Shown here: positions 33,843 through 45,800 of the stretch, one piece after another | Layout: each line of letters starts with the position of its first letter | How positions within the stretch are numbered: the first letter of the stretch is position 1 | Source of the DNA: Adineta vaga | Lineage: Eukaryota > Animalia > Rotifera | Assembly (NCBI GenBank): GCA_021613535.1 | Contig: CP075495.1 | Coordinates: 5,456,001-5,520,000, forward strand | Reading direction: 5' to 3' | Length of the DNA: 64,000 nt | The notes under the pieces: model-generated | What the model was told of the DNA's origin: nothing | Databases searched by the model: none | The model's input: only the letters and a program-made list of their open reading frames with translations | Translations under genes and position numbers: made by a program

Positions 33843-33854
33843 TTAAATACACAG

Positions 33855-33886
<32 letters not shown>

Positions 33887-34799
33887 GCAATTGACAAGAG
33901 GAATCAATAGGAGGTCGTTGATAATGATGCATATTGAAATTTGAATTCGTTGGATGTTGTTGTTGCTGATGAATATGATGCTGATGATATCCGATTGTTG
34001 AAGTTGGATAAGATGATAAAGGTGGGGTGGCAAATGCACTTGGTGCTTGCTGATGTACTATGGGCCATGAAGGATTTAATGATGGACTACTACTACGTTC
34101 AGTAAAACATTCCAGATGTGATAATAGACGTAGACGAAGTGGATGTTGAATATCAAAACCTTCGATAGAAATTAAATATCGAGAGATTTCATCAATACAT
34201 TCACGAAAACCACTCGCATGAGCATCAAATACTGGCCATGTTTGATAAGAATGACTGGTATCTACGGAAGAAAAAAAAGATTATTTCCAATGATAAAATT
34301 GATTAGAAAGAAGAAAGAAAGATACCTTTGTCGAGATGTTGTAGTGATCGAAGATGATCAACTGTCATTTGTAGGATTTCTGCTTTTTCCAATTTTGCTG
34401 AACCTTCTTTTGATATTGCTTGAGGTACTAGTCGACGTAATTCCATTAAACAATGATTAATTCGATCACGACGACGTTTTTCAATAACACCACGTCGTTT
34501 TTTACGGCTAGTTAAATGTTCATAGTCGTAAGCTCGTGGACTTAAACTTGAACTAAAAATAAAATCTTGTTTAGATAATAAATATTATTTTCAATTCTTA
34601 GTGTGTTCGTCTTCTTTTTTCATATTGACAGACACACATCTTCTTCCTTCCGCTTTTTCATTGAACAGAAATTGTTAGTTTCAAGATAATATTTTATAAT
34701 GTCGGATATTTTTGTTTTCTTTACTAAAAATAAATTTACGTACTCGATGAATTCTTCTTCTGAATCACCACCACTTTCGTATGTATTAACTCGTTTCAT
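33843..34799 (-). CDS. HEY: Hey-family bHLH-Orange transcription factor
   Basis: MKR...DSEEE start; [43 protein letters not shown]; Orange domain [13 protein letters not shown]...[10 protein letters not shown]. Confidence 0.92.
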
Positions 34800-35239
34800 G
34801 TCTTGACTTTGACAGAAGAAAAAAAGATCGATTAATGATGGTATGAGGGTCATATCTTTTTTCCGTCTCTCTCCTGCTTTTTCGCTTCTTTTTTTCTTTT
34901 GTTCTTAACCAATCAACGTATTGCTTATTATGTACAATCTAATTGCTCTCTGAAGAGAGAGAGAGAGAAAGAGAAAGAGAAAGACTATGAAGGTCGAATT
35001 ATTAAGGTAGCTTATCGTCCTTTATTATCACTGTATATTTGAAGACTACTTGAATATGAAAATGAAAGTGCCGCACATTTTTCCTGGCAGTTATCATTGG
35101 AATTAAATTCTTTGAAATAGCACACATGCACACATTGAAGAAACATGAACGCACCGTATTGTTCTTTCTTTCCGGACAGCGGAAGTTAATGATGATGATG
35201 ATAAAAATCACTTCAAATCTTTTTCTTCTCTTTTAAATA

Positions 35240-35247
35240 CACGTGCC
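35240..35247 (-). promoter_or_regulatory. Class B E-box GGCACGTG upstream of Hey (candidate autoregulatory site)
   Basis: cacgtgcc about 440 bp upstream of the Hey ATG matches the known Hes/Hey binding preference. Confidence 0.35.
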
Positions 35248-36540
35248 GACCATATATGACAAGATTTATTTTCCAATACATAGTTGATTGAAATAGCAAT
35301 TTCATTTTTTTCTATTTTCCGAAGTGTCTCTTCATCTACTCAGAAACTAAGAATAAAAGAATAAGAAGTGTTACTTATTTTCTGTACTATATAATTATTC
35401 TTCATCAACATACAAATACAAGAATGAAACAGAAGATTTATCATTAAATGTAATCTTCTAGTTGTTCATCTTTTTTTTTCTTGGATGGATACGATCTTAT
35501 TTCATTCCATTATTCATAATCTGTTTTTTGTCTTGTAAATCAAATCAAAATTCTAATTTTAGTCCAATGAATACGAGATGTTTTGATGATCAATGACAAT
35601 TTTCAAAGACGACCGAAAAAAAGAAGAAGAAAAACAAGAAATAAGTAATAGAATAGTAATGTTGGTTTGCTGCTAATGTCTCTTTTTTTTGTTCTCTGTC
35701 TCTTTCTCTGTCTCTTTTTGTCATTCAAATATAATAAAATAGATTCGGAAGATGATGATAAAATAGACTAGATTTTCTATGTGAAAAGAAAAAGGAAATC
35801 TTCCGATAAATGCAGTGATTTGAAAATGATTTTGAAAAAAAGAGAAAAGGAAACGATCTAGATTGATAATTAGATAAGGCAAACACTTCTGCTTGTTTTC
35901 TAACTATCGGATGTCTTTTTTTTGAAAACAACAATTACAGACTCAAGAAACAAATAACAGGTATAGATCTTTTTTTGCAAGCACATGATGTTAATGAGAA
36001 AATCGTTTTTGTCATACGTATATAGTAGATGTATATGAGAATAGAAGGAAAAAAAGCAATAGAACAATACAAAAATAAAAACAAAATAGATTTAGTTTAG
36101 AAAATCGCGATAAAATTTTCTTTCTTGTTCATAGATAGAAAATAAGAAGCAATGCATGAGAAAGAGAGACGTGTTCTTATAAATGACATAAGTTTGTATT
36201 GAGTGTCATTGCTTTTCCCTTTTTTTTCTTCTTCTTCTTCTTCTTTCTTTTTCTTTCTAATTCATATTTTGATATAGGATTGTTTCGAAAGAAGAAATAC
36301 TGTTGTCAGTTGATTCATTCGTGTAATTATTTCTCACTTATTGATTGTGAGCGAACTCCTTCCTGTTTTCAGCATTTCCATTAGAAAACTTCGAACTTTT
36401 CTTTTCCTTTTCCCTCTCTCTCTCTTTCTTTAATAACTACTTTCCTCTTCGGCACTTTGTTCCATGTTTTATAGCTTTAATCTAACAACTGTTTATTGTT
36501 TTTCTGTTTTCTAGTGCATGCATGAATTATATTATGTTCG

Positions 36541-37900
36541 ATGAGCAGTTTTCAAGAACTGTTTTATGGATCGAATATGAACCAAACAAATGGATCATAT
36601 GAAACGACATACTCATTACCGTCGGCTACATTACCTGGACAAATCTTTTTCATTATATTTCCATGTATGGTCATCATCGGTGTCGTATGTAATTCACTAA
36701 TTTTCGTAATCATGCAACGTCGACGTATGTCTCATCTTTCGACATGTTACTATATGGGAATATTAGCTATTGCTGATACAAGTGTTTTACTTCTTGGACT
36801 ATCTGTTATGTGGTTATATTTAGTTAATCGTAAATGGTCATTATTATTACAATCAACTTATGTTTGTAAATTTATTTCACTTTTATTCTATACTGTATCT
36901 GATGCAAGCGTTTGGCTTGTTTGTCTAATGTCAGCTGATCGATGTATAGCTGTAACACGTCCACTACATGCTAGTTCAATTTGTACGGTACAACGAGCAC
37001 GAAAATGTGCTTTTATACTTGTTATATGTTGTATATGGATTAATATTCATTTTCTTTTCTCACATCATTTATCACCAGAAAATGATTGTACGTATCATGA
37101 ACATTATGAATTTTTTAGTCGTCATATTTGGCCATGGATCGATGCAGCTGTCTATTCGATTTTACCCTTTATATTATTATTGACAATGAATTTAATCATT
37201 GTTCATAGTTTATTTCAAGCACGACGTTCAACAACAACTCTACAAATCTGTCAATCTCAACTAACACGCAAAAAAAATAAATTATCTATGTCAAGAAAAT
37301 TGACAACAATGCTTTTAGCGGTTACTATCTTTTTTCTATTAAGTTCATGTCCTATGGTTTGTTTACAAATCTATATAAATATACATAAAAATAATCAATA
37401 TAAACAAATGTTTGCACAATTTTACCTGAAACCATTATGTGAAACATTACAATATTCAAATCATTGTGTAAGTCTTTCTTCGTCTGATTCTTTAATTATC
37501 ATAAAGTTTACTTAGAATATTTGATTTGTCTTGGTTTCAGGTTAATTTTTTTCTCTATGCTATAACTGGTAAAGCATTTCGTCATGAATTACATAGATTA
37601 TTTGAAAGTATTGCTATAAAATTACATTTAACGAGTGAAGTTATTCCAAAAACAGGTGAACGTCGTTCAACATTACCGAATATACAATTTCAAGTTGTTG
37701 AAAAAACTATTGATCGAAATTTTAAAACAAAACAACCATTGCCTAGTACACTTTCACTTCTTCAATCTCGACAATCAAATGATTCGACAGCAAGTAGTTC
37801 AAGTACGATTCCTCAATATTTTCGGCAACAACAAGAACATATTCCTCGTGTTAATCTCAATGATATGTCATACTATATTCAAAAAATATCTAATGTTTAA
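36541..37900 (+). CDS. Class A peptide-type GPCR (FMRFamide/TRH-receptor-like orphan)
   Basis: N-glycosylated N-terminus; TM1 Asn, LAIAD, CK..., ADRCIAV..PL, PF..L..N, NFFLY; one intron about 37468-37540. Confidence 0.9.
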
Positions 37901-38244
37901 TAAATATTGCTTTTTTTCTCATTTCAGTTGTAATATTTTTCTTTCGGTGTGTTTTTTTGTTTTTGAATGAGAAATATAAAAACTATTTTTATATGGATCA
38001 TACTTCTCTCTCTCCCTCTCTCTTTTTTCTACCTTTCAAAGTTTAAACAAGTGAACTTTGATAACAAATGAGTTGAGTAAGAAGAAAAAAAAGGACGAAG
38101 ATAGATAACAGTATCAAGAATATTATCAAATGCTTTATAAGTTGTTTTGAGAAAAAAGAATTTGTCCTGTCATAGAATTTCTTAAGTGCTTCGATATTCC
38201 TTTTACGTTTGTAGCCAAAAAAGTGACATTTGAACGACTTAGTT

Positions 38245-40502
38245 ATGGCGAAAAAAGACTTGAGTTTTTCGACAAGTACAAATGAACGATCAGCATTGTT
38301 AAATAATCGAATCAGTGATTCAATTAATCGATCTAGATCAGAATCGTATGGAATCTTTCTTGAGATTTCTTACTAATTTGTCTAATTCTATGTTTTTCTC
38401 TATACATAAATATATAGTATGCGTCGTCGTTCATCATCATCGGTCAATGAAGCAACAAAAAAACAACGTTTTCGTGCTATTCGTATCTGTTATTTTGGCA
38501 TGTTTGTCAGTTCAATCGTCTTTAGTATCACTGTTTCATCACTGTGGCCTTTTCTTCAAATTGTATATAATATAGACATTTCATCGTTAATATTCATCTT
38601 TAATTAGTTTATTATTTAGATTGATACTTCTGCTGAAGCCACCTTTCTTGGATGGCTCGTTGCTGCATTTTCTATTGGACAATTGATTGCATCACCCATT
38701 ATTGGATATGTTGCAAATCGAACAGATAATAATAAAATGCCTTTAGTTGCTAGTACAGCATTGATTGTTGTCTCGAATATACTTTATGCATACGTTCAAA
38801 GTATAAATAACGTCGGACTTTCAAATAAATGGTGGTTGATGCTTTCTCGTTTTATTATGGGAATTGGTGCAGGTTTATCATCGATAGGATTTAAATTGAT
38901 ACAAGATTTTTGTCTTTTTTTGTTTTTCTAGCGAATTCAACGATTATGAGATCATATTCTTCATCAGCTACAACATTATCAGAACGAACAGCAGTTATGG
39001 CTAATTTATCTGCTTACCAAGGAGTAGGTTTTATTCTCGGACCTCGTAAGTTTCTTTTTAATTTGTGATCATCGAAATTATACATATGTAAATGTTGCTC
39101 TTAGTCATTCAAGCTCTCTTTGCTTTTCTTGGATATCCTGGTCCTGTTCATAAATCTTGGGTAAACTATTACTTTTTTTTCTTATATAAATGATACTATT
39201 CATCGATATTGATTTTGTTTTCATTTTCAAAGCTCTATCTTAATATTTATACGGCTCCAGCTTTTTTCAGTGCATTAACAGCGGGTGTTAATCTTGTATT
39301 ATTCTTAGTTTCGTTTCATGATGTACGAACTGTGTCGCCATCAAGAAAGAGTATTAGTAACAGTACATCAAACAAAAGTAAGTATGGTGAAATGATTTTT
39401 CGGAAAAATATTGTTTTTCTCTCTTATTTTTCAGCAGTTCAATCAAAAGCAGAAAGTCGTGAACGGCACGACCAATCGATGGCAATTGTATGCTGTCTCT
39501 ATATGTTTTTTGTTGCTTATTTAACATTTACAAATTATGAAACGTATGAATGAATTTGGTTTTCGAATTGAAAGAAGAGCACCACGAGTCTCCAATTGAA
39601 ATTTTACATTTTAGAATTGCTTCACCACTTTCAATTGATATGTATGCTTGGTCAAAGGAACAAAGTACAAGAAATAATGGTTATTTACTTGGTGCACTTG
39701 GTTGTATGTCTGTCGTAGTTCTGATCGTAACAAAACTATTAGCAAAACGGTAAATTTAATTGAATACCATAGGATTTCGAATTCGTTTTCTTTTCGAATA
39801 GACTTCAAGATCGTCTGTTAATGTTAATTGGTTTAATTATCTGTTTTCTCGGCTATTTCGTCTTTTTACCATGGGGTTCTGATTATCCCAGTATTCAAAT
39901 TGCTAGTAAATATTTCTCATTCCTTTCTTTTTGTTTTGATTCAAATCTTTTCCTCTTTTCTCTTAGCACTTCCATCTTCAACTACTACTATTCGTCCATC
40001 ATCCAACACATCAGCACCACCGTTACGAACAACAACAACAACAGTTGCTGATTCCGATGATAAAGGTTGTCCACTTGATTATCAATGGTGTTATTATATT
40101 CCACGTGTACAATTATGGCAATATATAGCAGCATCAATTATCATTACAACCGGCTTTTCAATCTGTAATGTGATTTGTTATTCGATATTCTCAAAAAAAC
40201 TCGGTGATCGTCCCCAAGGTACAATGATGGGTATATTTACAAGTGCTGGCTCCTTAGCACGTGCATTTGGTCCTATTGCTGTTGGTTTTCTTTATAAACA
40301 TTGGGGACCACGTATAATGATGATATTTATGCTTGTTTTTGTTTTAACTGGTATTTTATCATTATTATTTAACTATACAAGATTGCATATTGAAGCTGAG
40401 CAAGTCGATGATACTGATGACGAAGATCATGATGATGATGATGAAGAAAGAAATATTAATGGAGATAATCGATATGACAGCAATGAAAATATTACTGCAT
40501 AA
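38245..40502 (+). CDS. MFSD8: MFS domain-containing protein 8 (CLN7)-like lysosomal transporter
   Basis: First exon 38245-38345 carries the dileucine motif ERSALL; SLWPFLQ, ASPIIG, RFIMGIGA, GFILGP, GCPLDYQWC, YSIFSKKLG..QGTMMG, GSLARAFGP. Confidence 0.9.
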
Positions 40503-40826
40503 TAAAAACTATTTTGGAAAAAAAGATGAAAAAAAAACAAAGCATATAAGATATAGATCGGGGATTTCGTATAATTAATAAAAAGAAGAGAAAAAAACAA
40601 AACAAAAGAAAAAAATTCACTAGAAACTATCATTTTGTTTGCTTAATGTAATATTTTTTTCTGTTCTTGTGCATAGAAAATATGTGTAAACGTGATTAAA
40701 AGATTATTTTGGAAAAGACGAAAGAAGAAATCGTTCGTATTTTGTAATTATACATAAAAACGTTATGAAGGCTATAGACACAGAAAAAAAAGAGAGAAAA
40801 AAAACAAGAATGAATCAGATTCGTTA

Positions 40827-41505
40827 TCAAGAGAATAATGTTTTTTTTGTTAACGAAGCACGATCCTAAAAAGAAAAGAAAAAGAAAGAAAACGATTTTT
40901 TTATTCTTTTTTTATAACAGTTGGATAGAAACTAATTTATTAATGGAGTAGAGTAATAACAGACTGCAAGGTAAAATTCTATCTTCAATTCTCTCAAGAT
41001 GTTCTCTCCGTTAGACAAGACGATTTTTCAAACCTATTGCTCGTGTCTTGTATATACATATAGTTATGTATGTATACCTAACGTCGATTAAATGTGAAGT
41101 GTTTATGTTTTACCTTGCCATCGGCATTGATTAATTTTGTAACTACATTTGAATTCGTATGCCATGAAGACAATAATGAAGCAATAAGATCGCCATTTCT
41201 TCGTTCTGTTTCATTTGATTTTGAAAGAATCTAATCGAACAGAAAATATTCAATGTATGATTACGAAATCAAACTATTCTTTGATACTTTTAGTGATTGA
41301 TTCGATCTTAATAGACAATTTTCAGGAAAATTATATGTAAGAATATCTCCATTATCGTTTTCTTGTTGTAAAGTCCAACCAGATAATGCAATATTTTTTG
41401 AGCGACTGGTATTTTCAATGAGAATATATTTGCCTTGTGCTTCACATTCAGCTATTGAAATCGGTCCTTTGGCTGATTTATGAATCGTTGTACGAGCTTC
41501 AAGTG
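40827..41505 (-). CDS. Lamin-tail (LTD, Ig-fold) domain exons 41505-41288, 41230-41114, 40865-40827
   Basis: LEARTTIHKSAKGPISIAECEAQGKYILIENTS..LSGWTL..YNFP..W..KLINADGKDRA, the protostome cytoplasmic IF LTD signature; no CaaX. First exon starts in phase 1. Confidence 0.9.
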
Positions 41506-41613
41506 CTATTTAAATGAAAGAAAAGTATTATATAAGTTAATCTAATCATAAAAAATTCAAAGTTAAAACGAAAAAAAAACCCAAGTGTAATGAAAGAAAG
41601 TATATTTGCTCAC

Positions 41614-41776
41614 TGATATAATACTGAGAAAAATCATTTTTCTCCGATTTGTTAGCAACTGTGGAAGTTGAATCATTTGTTGACGGAAGATTATATGTAA
41701 TCGGATGTTCAAAAACGGCCGGTCGAGGGTGAAACATAAAAGTTCCGGCGATGTTAGTAATGGATGATGTTGCCAT
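41614..41776 (-). CDS. Alternative first exon for an LTD-only protein
   Basis: ATG 41776 (MATSSITNIAGTFMFHPRPAVFEHP...), 163 nt, ending in a phase-1 gtgagc donor that is in frame with the LTD exon 108 nt away. Confidence 0.65.
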
Positions 41777-42884
41777 TAGTTTTCTTTTTCTTTTTAATCG
41801 ATATTCAACGTATTTACTTTTTTTTTTGTTATAATATATGTAAGAGTAGAATGATCTCAAATAGTGGACAATACTGAAGCAGCCTTCTCTTTTTTCTCTC
41901 TCTCGCTCTCTGTCTGTCTCCGTCTCTCTTCTTTCGTTTTTTTTCTCTCTCGCCGTGTCTCTGTCTCTGTCTCTCTTTCTCCTTCGTTTTGTCGTTCTCG
42001 AGGTTTGTTCGATAATAGCGGAAGAAAACAATCAAGTCAGTGTGCGTATACATGTGTGTGCTTGCATGTCGGTGATAGATAAACACACCATACACATATA
42101 GCAGTAAACGAAATGAATATACACTTTTGTGTAATGATAAAATGCAACAAATTTTTTTCTTCATGTGTCGCTTGTTAAAATGAGTAGGGGAGACTGACTT
42201 TTCGGTTTTTTCCTTTCTTTCATACAATGCCAACGTAACTATATATATATATATATATATATACACACGTATAGTCAGTCGAAGGCCGTGTCATAGGCTT
42301 CCATCAACTGCTATTAGTCCTTGTTGTTTTTTTCTAATGTTTCAATCGAATCGAGAAAGAGAGAGAGAAGAGAACGAAATCAAAAGACATTTGATGCAAC
42401 TGTTTTACAGTTGTTCGTAATATACAATCAGAGAAACTGATAAGTGAACGATCGACATAAATATATGTTTTTTATAAATAGAGCGATCACATTGTGCGGC
42501 ATAGGTATGTATGTACAAGTAATCGCAACTACTTGAAGAAAAAAAATGAATACGAACAGACAAAAATCGTAGAACAAGAGAGAAAGAAAAAGAACACGCT
42601 TGTTAAAACAAACGCGTTCATCACATTGATATGGTTCAAGTATCTACACACGCAGCAATGGCAACTATACCACTTCAGATCGAATGTTACATACATTAAC
42701 AGGCAAACAGCATCGAATAGGAAAATGAATAAAAGACATGATTGGAGTAACAACAAAAAATCCAAAAGACATCTGATCTGATCTTTGTCTATTTATAAGT
42801 GCAAACACATTAACATTTCATTGACGACATTGATTGTCGTTTTATTTTTCACGCCTATTGCCAAAAAATGTTTTTATTACTTAC

Positions 42885-45800
42885 GTCCATCAGGTCCTTC
42901 AGTAGTTGTTGTAATTGTGTTAATGTTATTTAACCAAGATGATGATGAGGGAAGTTTTTGTTGATCACTTTCATTACTACTTAAAGATGGCGTACTTGCA
43001 CGACTACTTGATGTTGTTTTTTGTATCGGTTCACTCAAGGCTGAAGGTGATGGTAGATCGGTTTCTGTTGCTGTTGAATATAAAGAAGCATCGATAGGTG
43101 TAGATGCTGATAAACGTAATGCCATATCGTCATAATCAATTTTCATAGTAACTGGTAACGAAACACCACGTTCACGTTCACGAATAAGAAGGATTTTTTC
43201 GTCTGGACTTGTTTGATGTTCTTGTTGTTCGGATATAGATATTTGATGAAGATCAGATGGTTTAATTTGTTTCGATGTTGAAGAAGAATTTATAGTTGAC
43301 GCACAAGTTTTAAAACTATCTGATTCAGATATATCAAATGAAAATTCATTCAATGGACGATTGAAAACATCAACTGATTCTGATTGCGATGATAAACTAG
43401 GGTCTGTTATAGTTTGGTGTTGTTTTAAAAATGATTGCAATTGCGTTGGATTTGTTGTACGAACAATCGTCTATGCAGAAGATCGAATGATTTAATCTTT
43501 TTTCAAAATTTCGTAACATTTATGAACGATAAGAAAATGTCATAAACATCTATAACAGATTTATCTTAAACAACACTTTCGATCTTAGTCGTTTTTTTTC
43601 TTAGATGAGTTCTTTCAAGATTTTAGCCAATATATTTACACAAGTTATCAGATAGATTTATTTTTTAACCTTCGATTAAGACTTATTTTGATAAGAAAAA
43701 GGTTATAGATGTGTATGTGTTTAATCTCGAGTATCTTCTTTCAAAACCAATACAACAACAAATTCTATTCTAAACATCAACTCAGAAGAAAACATGTCAA
43801 TCAAATGTGTAATTCGACATGTTTTTCATACACTTACTTTCGTTTTAACAGCAATTGTAGATTGATTTTTTTCATCTTCATCATCAGCATCATTAGTAAA
43901 TCCAGAATGAATACTATCGTCATCATCAGCTGATGGTCTCCATAAGCCAGGATATCCTGGTATAATATATATATCATCTGTTTGTGGTTTTGTTGATACT
44001 GAACTACTATTGGAAAGATCATAACGTCGATAAGTTTGTTCATGTCTTCCTGGTTGTGTAATTTCATCGATAATACGATAAAGATTTGAAATATCGGGTT
44101 GTTCAAATTCATTGAAATTTTCATCATCAACATCTTCATCTGTACTACTAGCATCTACTCTTTCTTGCTGATTTGAATGTAAAGCATTGTGTTTTTGTAT
44201 ATGAATATCATCAGAATAAGATGTTAAGTTTTCTGTTGCATCTAATTCAGTTAAATCATCGTCTTTTGTTATGCCTTGATTGTTATTACCGATTGGTTCT
44301 GATAAAAGATGTTGATCTTTACTTTCGTCAGATGTTTTTTTATCTGATTTATAAATAGGAATGTCAGCTGCAATTGGAAATGATGGTAAACGTTCTTGAG
44401 ACGAATCACCCATTTCATGTATTGCATAGGAAACATATCGATCTGAACTTGTTACTTGTGATGATGTCGTCGTTGTTGAACTTGATGATTTTTCTTGTAC
44501 TACTGGCAAGTGTTCTCCACTTTGTTCATTCATTGGAAGAATTTCTGATCGAACAGGAGCTGAAGTATCAAGAATGATACTATGACCTTGTAGTGCATGA
44601 ATTAATTCCGATGGATCGTCTTCAGTATTGACTGGAGACGTTTCACGAAGATCAGACGACAAATCTTTCTTAGTCTCTGTAATAGTTGGTGCCTACGTAA
44701 AAATATAAATAATTGAGGTTTCAGACATGATTAAATGCATATTTTTACCGAATCTAATTGAAATACATTAATAGATTGTTGCATAGTATCATCAATCTAA
44801 ATAAATAAAAATAAATAATGTTGTATCTGAAGAATTGAATATATAAATGTTCATTTTTACTTGAGGTGTAATGATAGTTTGTTCAGTTATATTTTCATTA
44901 ATGGATACGGATTGATTTTCATCCGGAATGATTTTATCTTCTGTTATATTTTCGAATGATTGATTAAGAGTTTCTTCAGCTGATTCTTCATCGACTAGAT
45001 CAGACCAAGTCATATTCGATACTGACATAGCATTATCAGATGTAGTTGACTCCAAGTTTTTCAGGACTGATTCAATTGTTTCATTGATCAAATCCTGGAT
45101 AGTATCTTGAATAATTTGATTTGTATCAGAAGCAGTCTGATCAGTTTCATGTGTATCTAAATCTTGTGTTGATGTTAATAAGTCAGTAATAGTATCTTGT
45201 TTAGTTTCTACTATTGATTCTTCTGTTGTTATGATATCTGGATCCTTGTTTTCATCCGTACTAGTTGTAGAAATCTAAATAACAAAAATAATTTACTGTA
45301 AAAAGAGTCTGATGATTTACAAACCTGTTGTTCGGAGTTTTGAGCTTCGTCATTTGTTGAAGGAGAGACAATACTTTGAATTTTCTCCGTAATAGCAGCT
45401 AATGGATGAGTAATAACATTTCGAAGAGTTTCAAAAGTAGATTTGGATTCCGTTCTTTCGATTTGATCTTCGTTGGCGGTAGAATCCGTTTTTGTCTCAG
45501 TTGTTGATGTTTCAAGAAGTGGTTCTTCTGTTAAACTTTCATTATCATCATCATCATCATCAGAGGGGCTGATTGAATATTTTGACGTATTTAGTGATGT
45601 TTGATCGGTTTGTTCGCTGTCCGAAGTTGATAGAACACTTTGAATTTGATCAGTAATTGCAGTTATTGGATGAGTAATAACATCTCGAATAGTCTCCAAA
45701 GTTGTTTTTGTTTCAATCGATTGAGCTTCATTAGTGTTGATTGTTGAAGCAACTTTTTCTTCAACAGTATCAGTATTCTAAATAACAACATATATTTTCG

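Noticed and set aside
41829-42781. Overlapping ORFs on both strands near the LTD promoter region
   Set aside because: Products of GA and TA microsatellites and A-runs; no coding signal beyond the 41776 exon.
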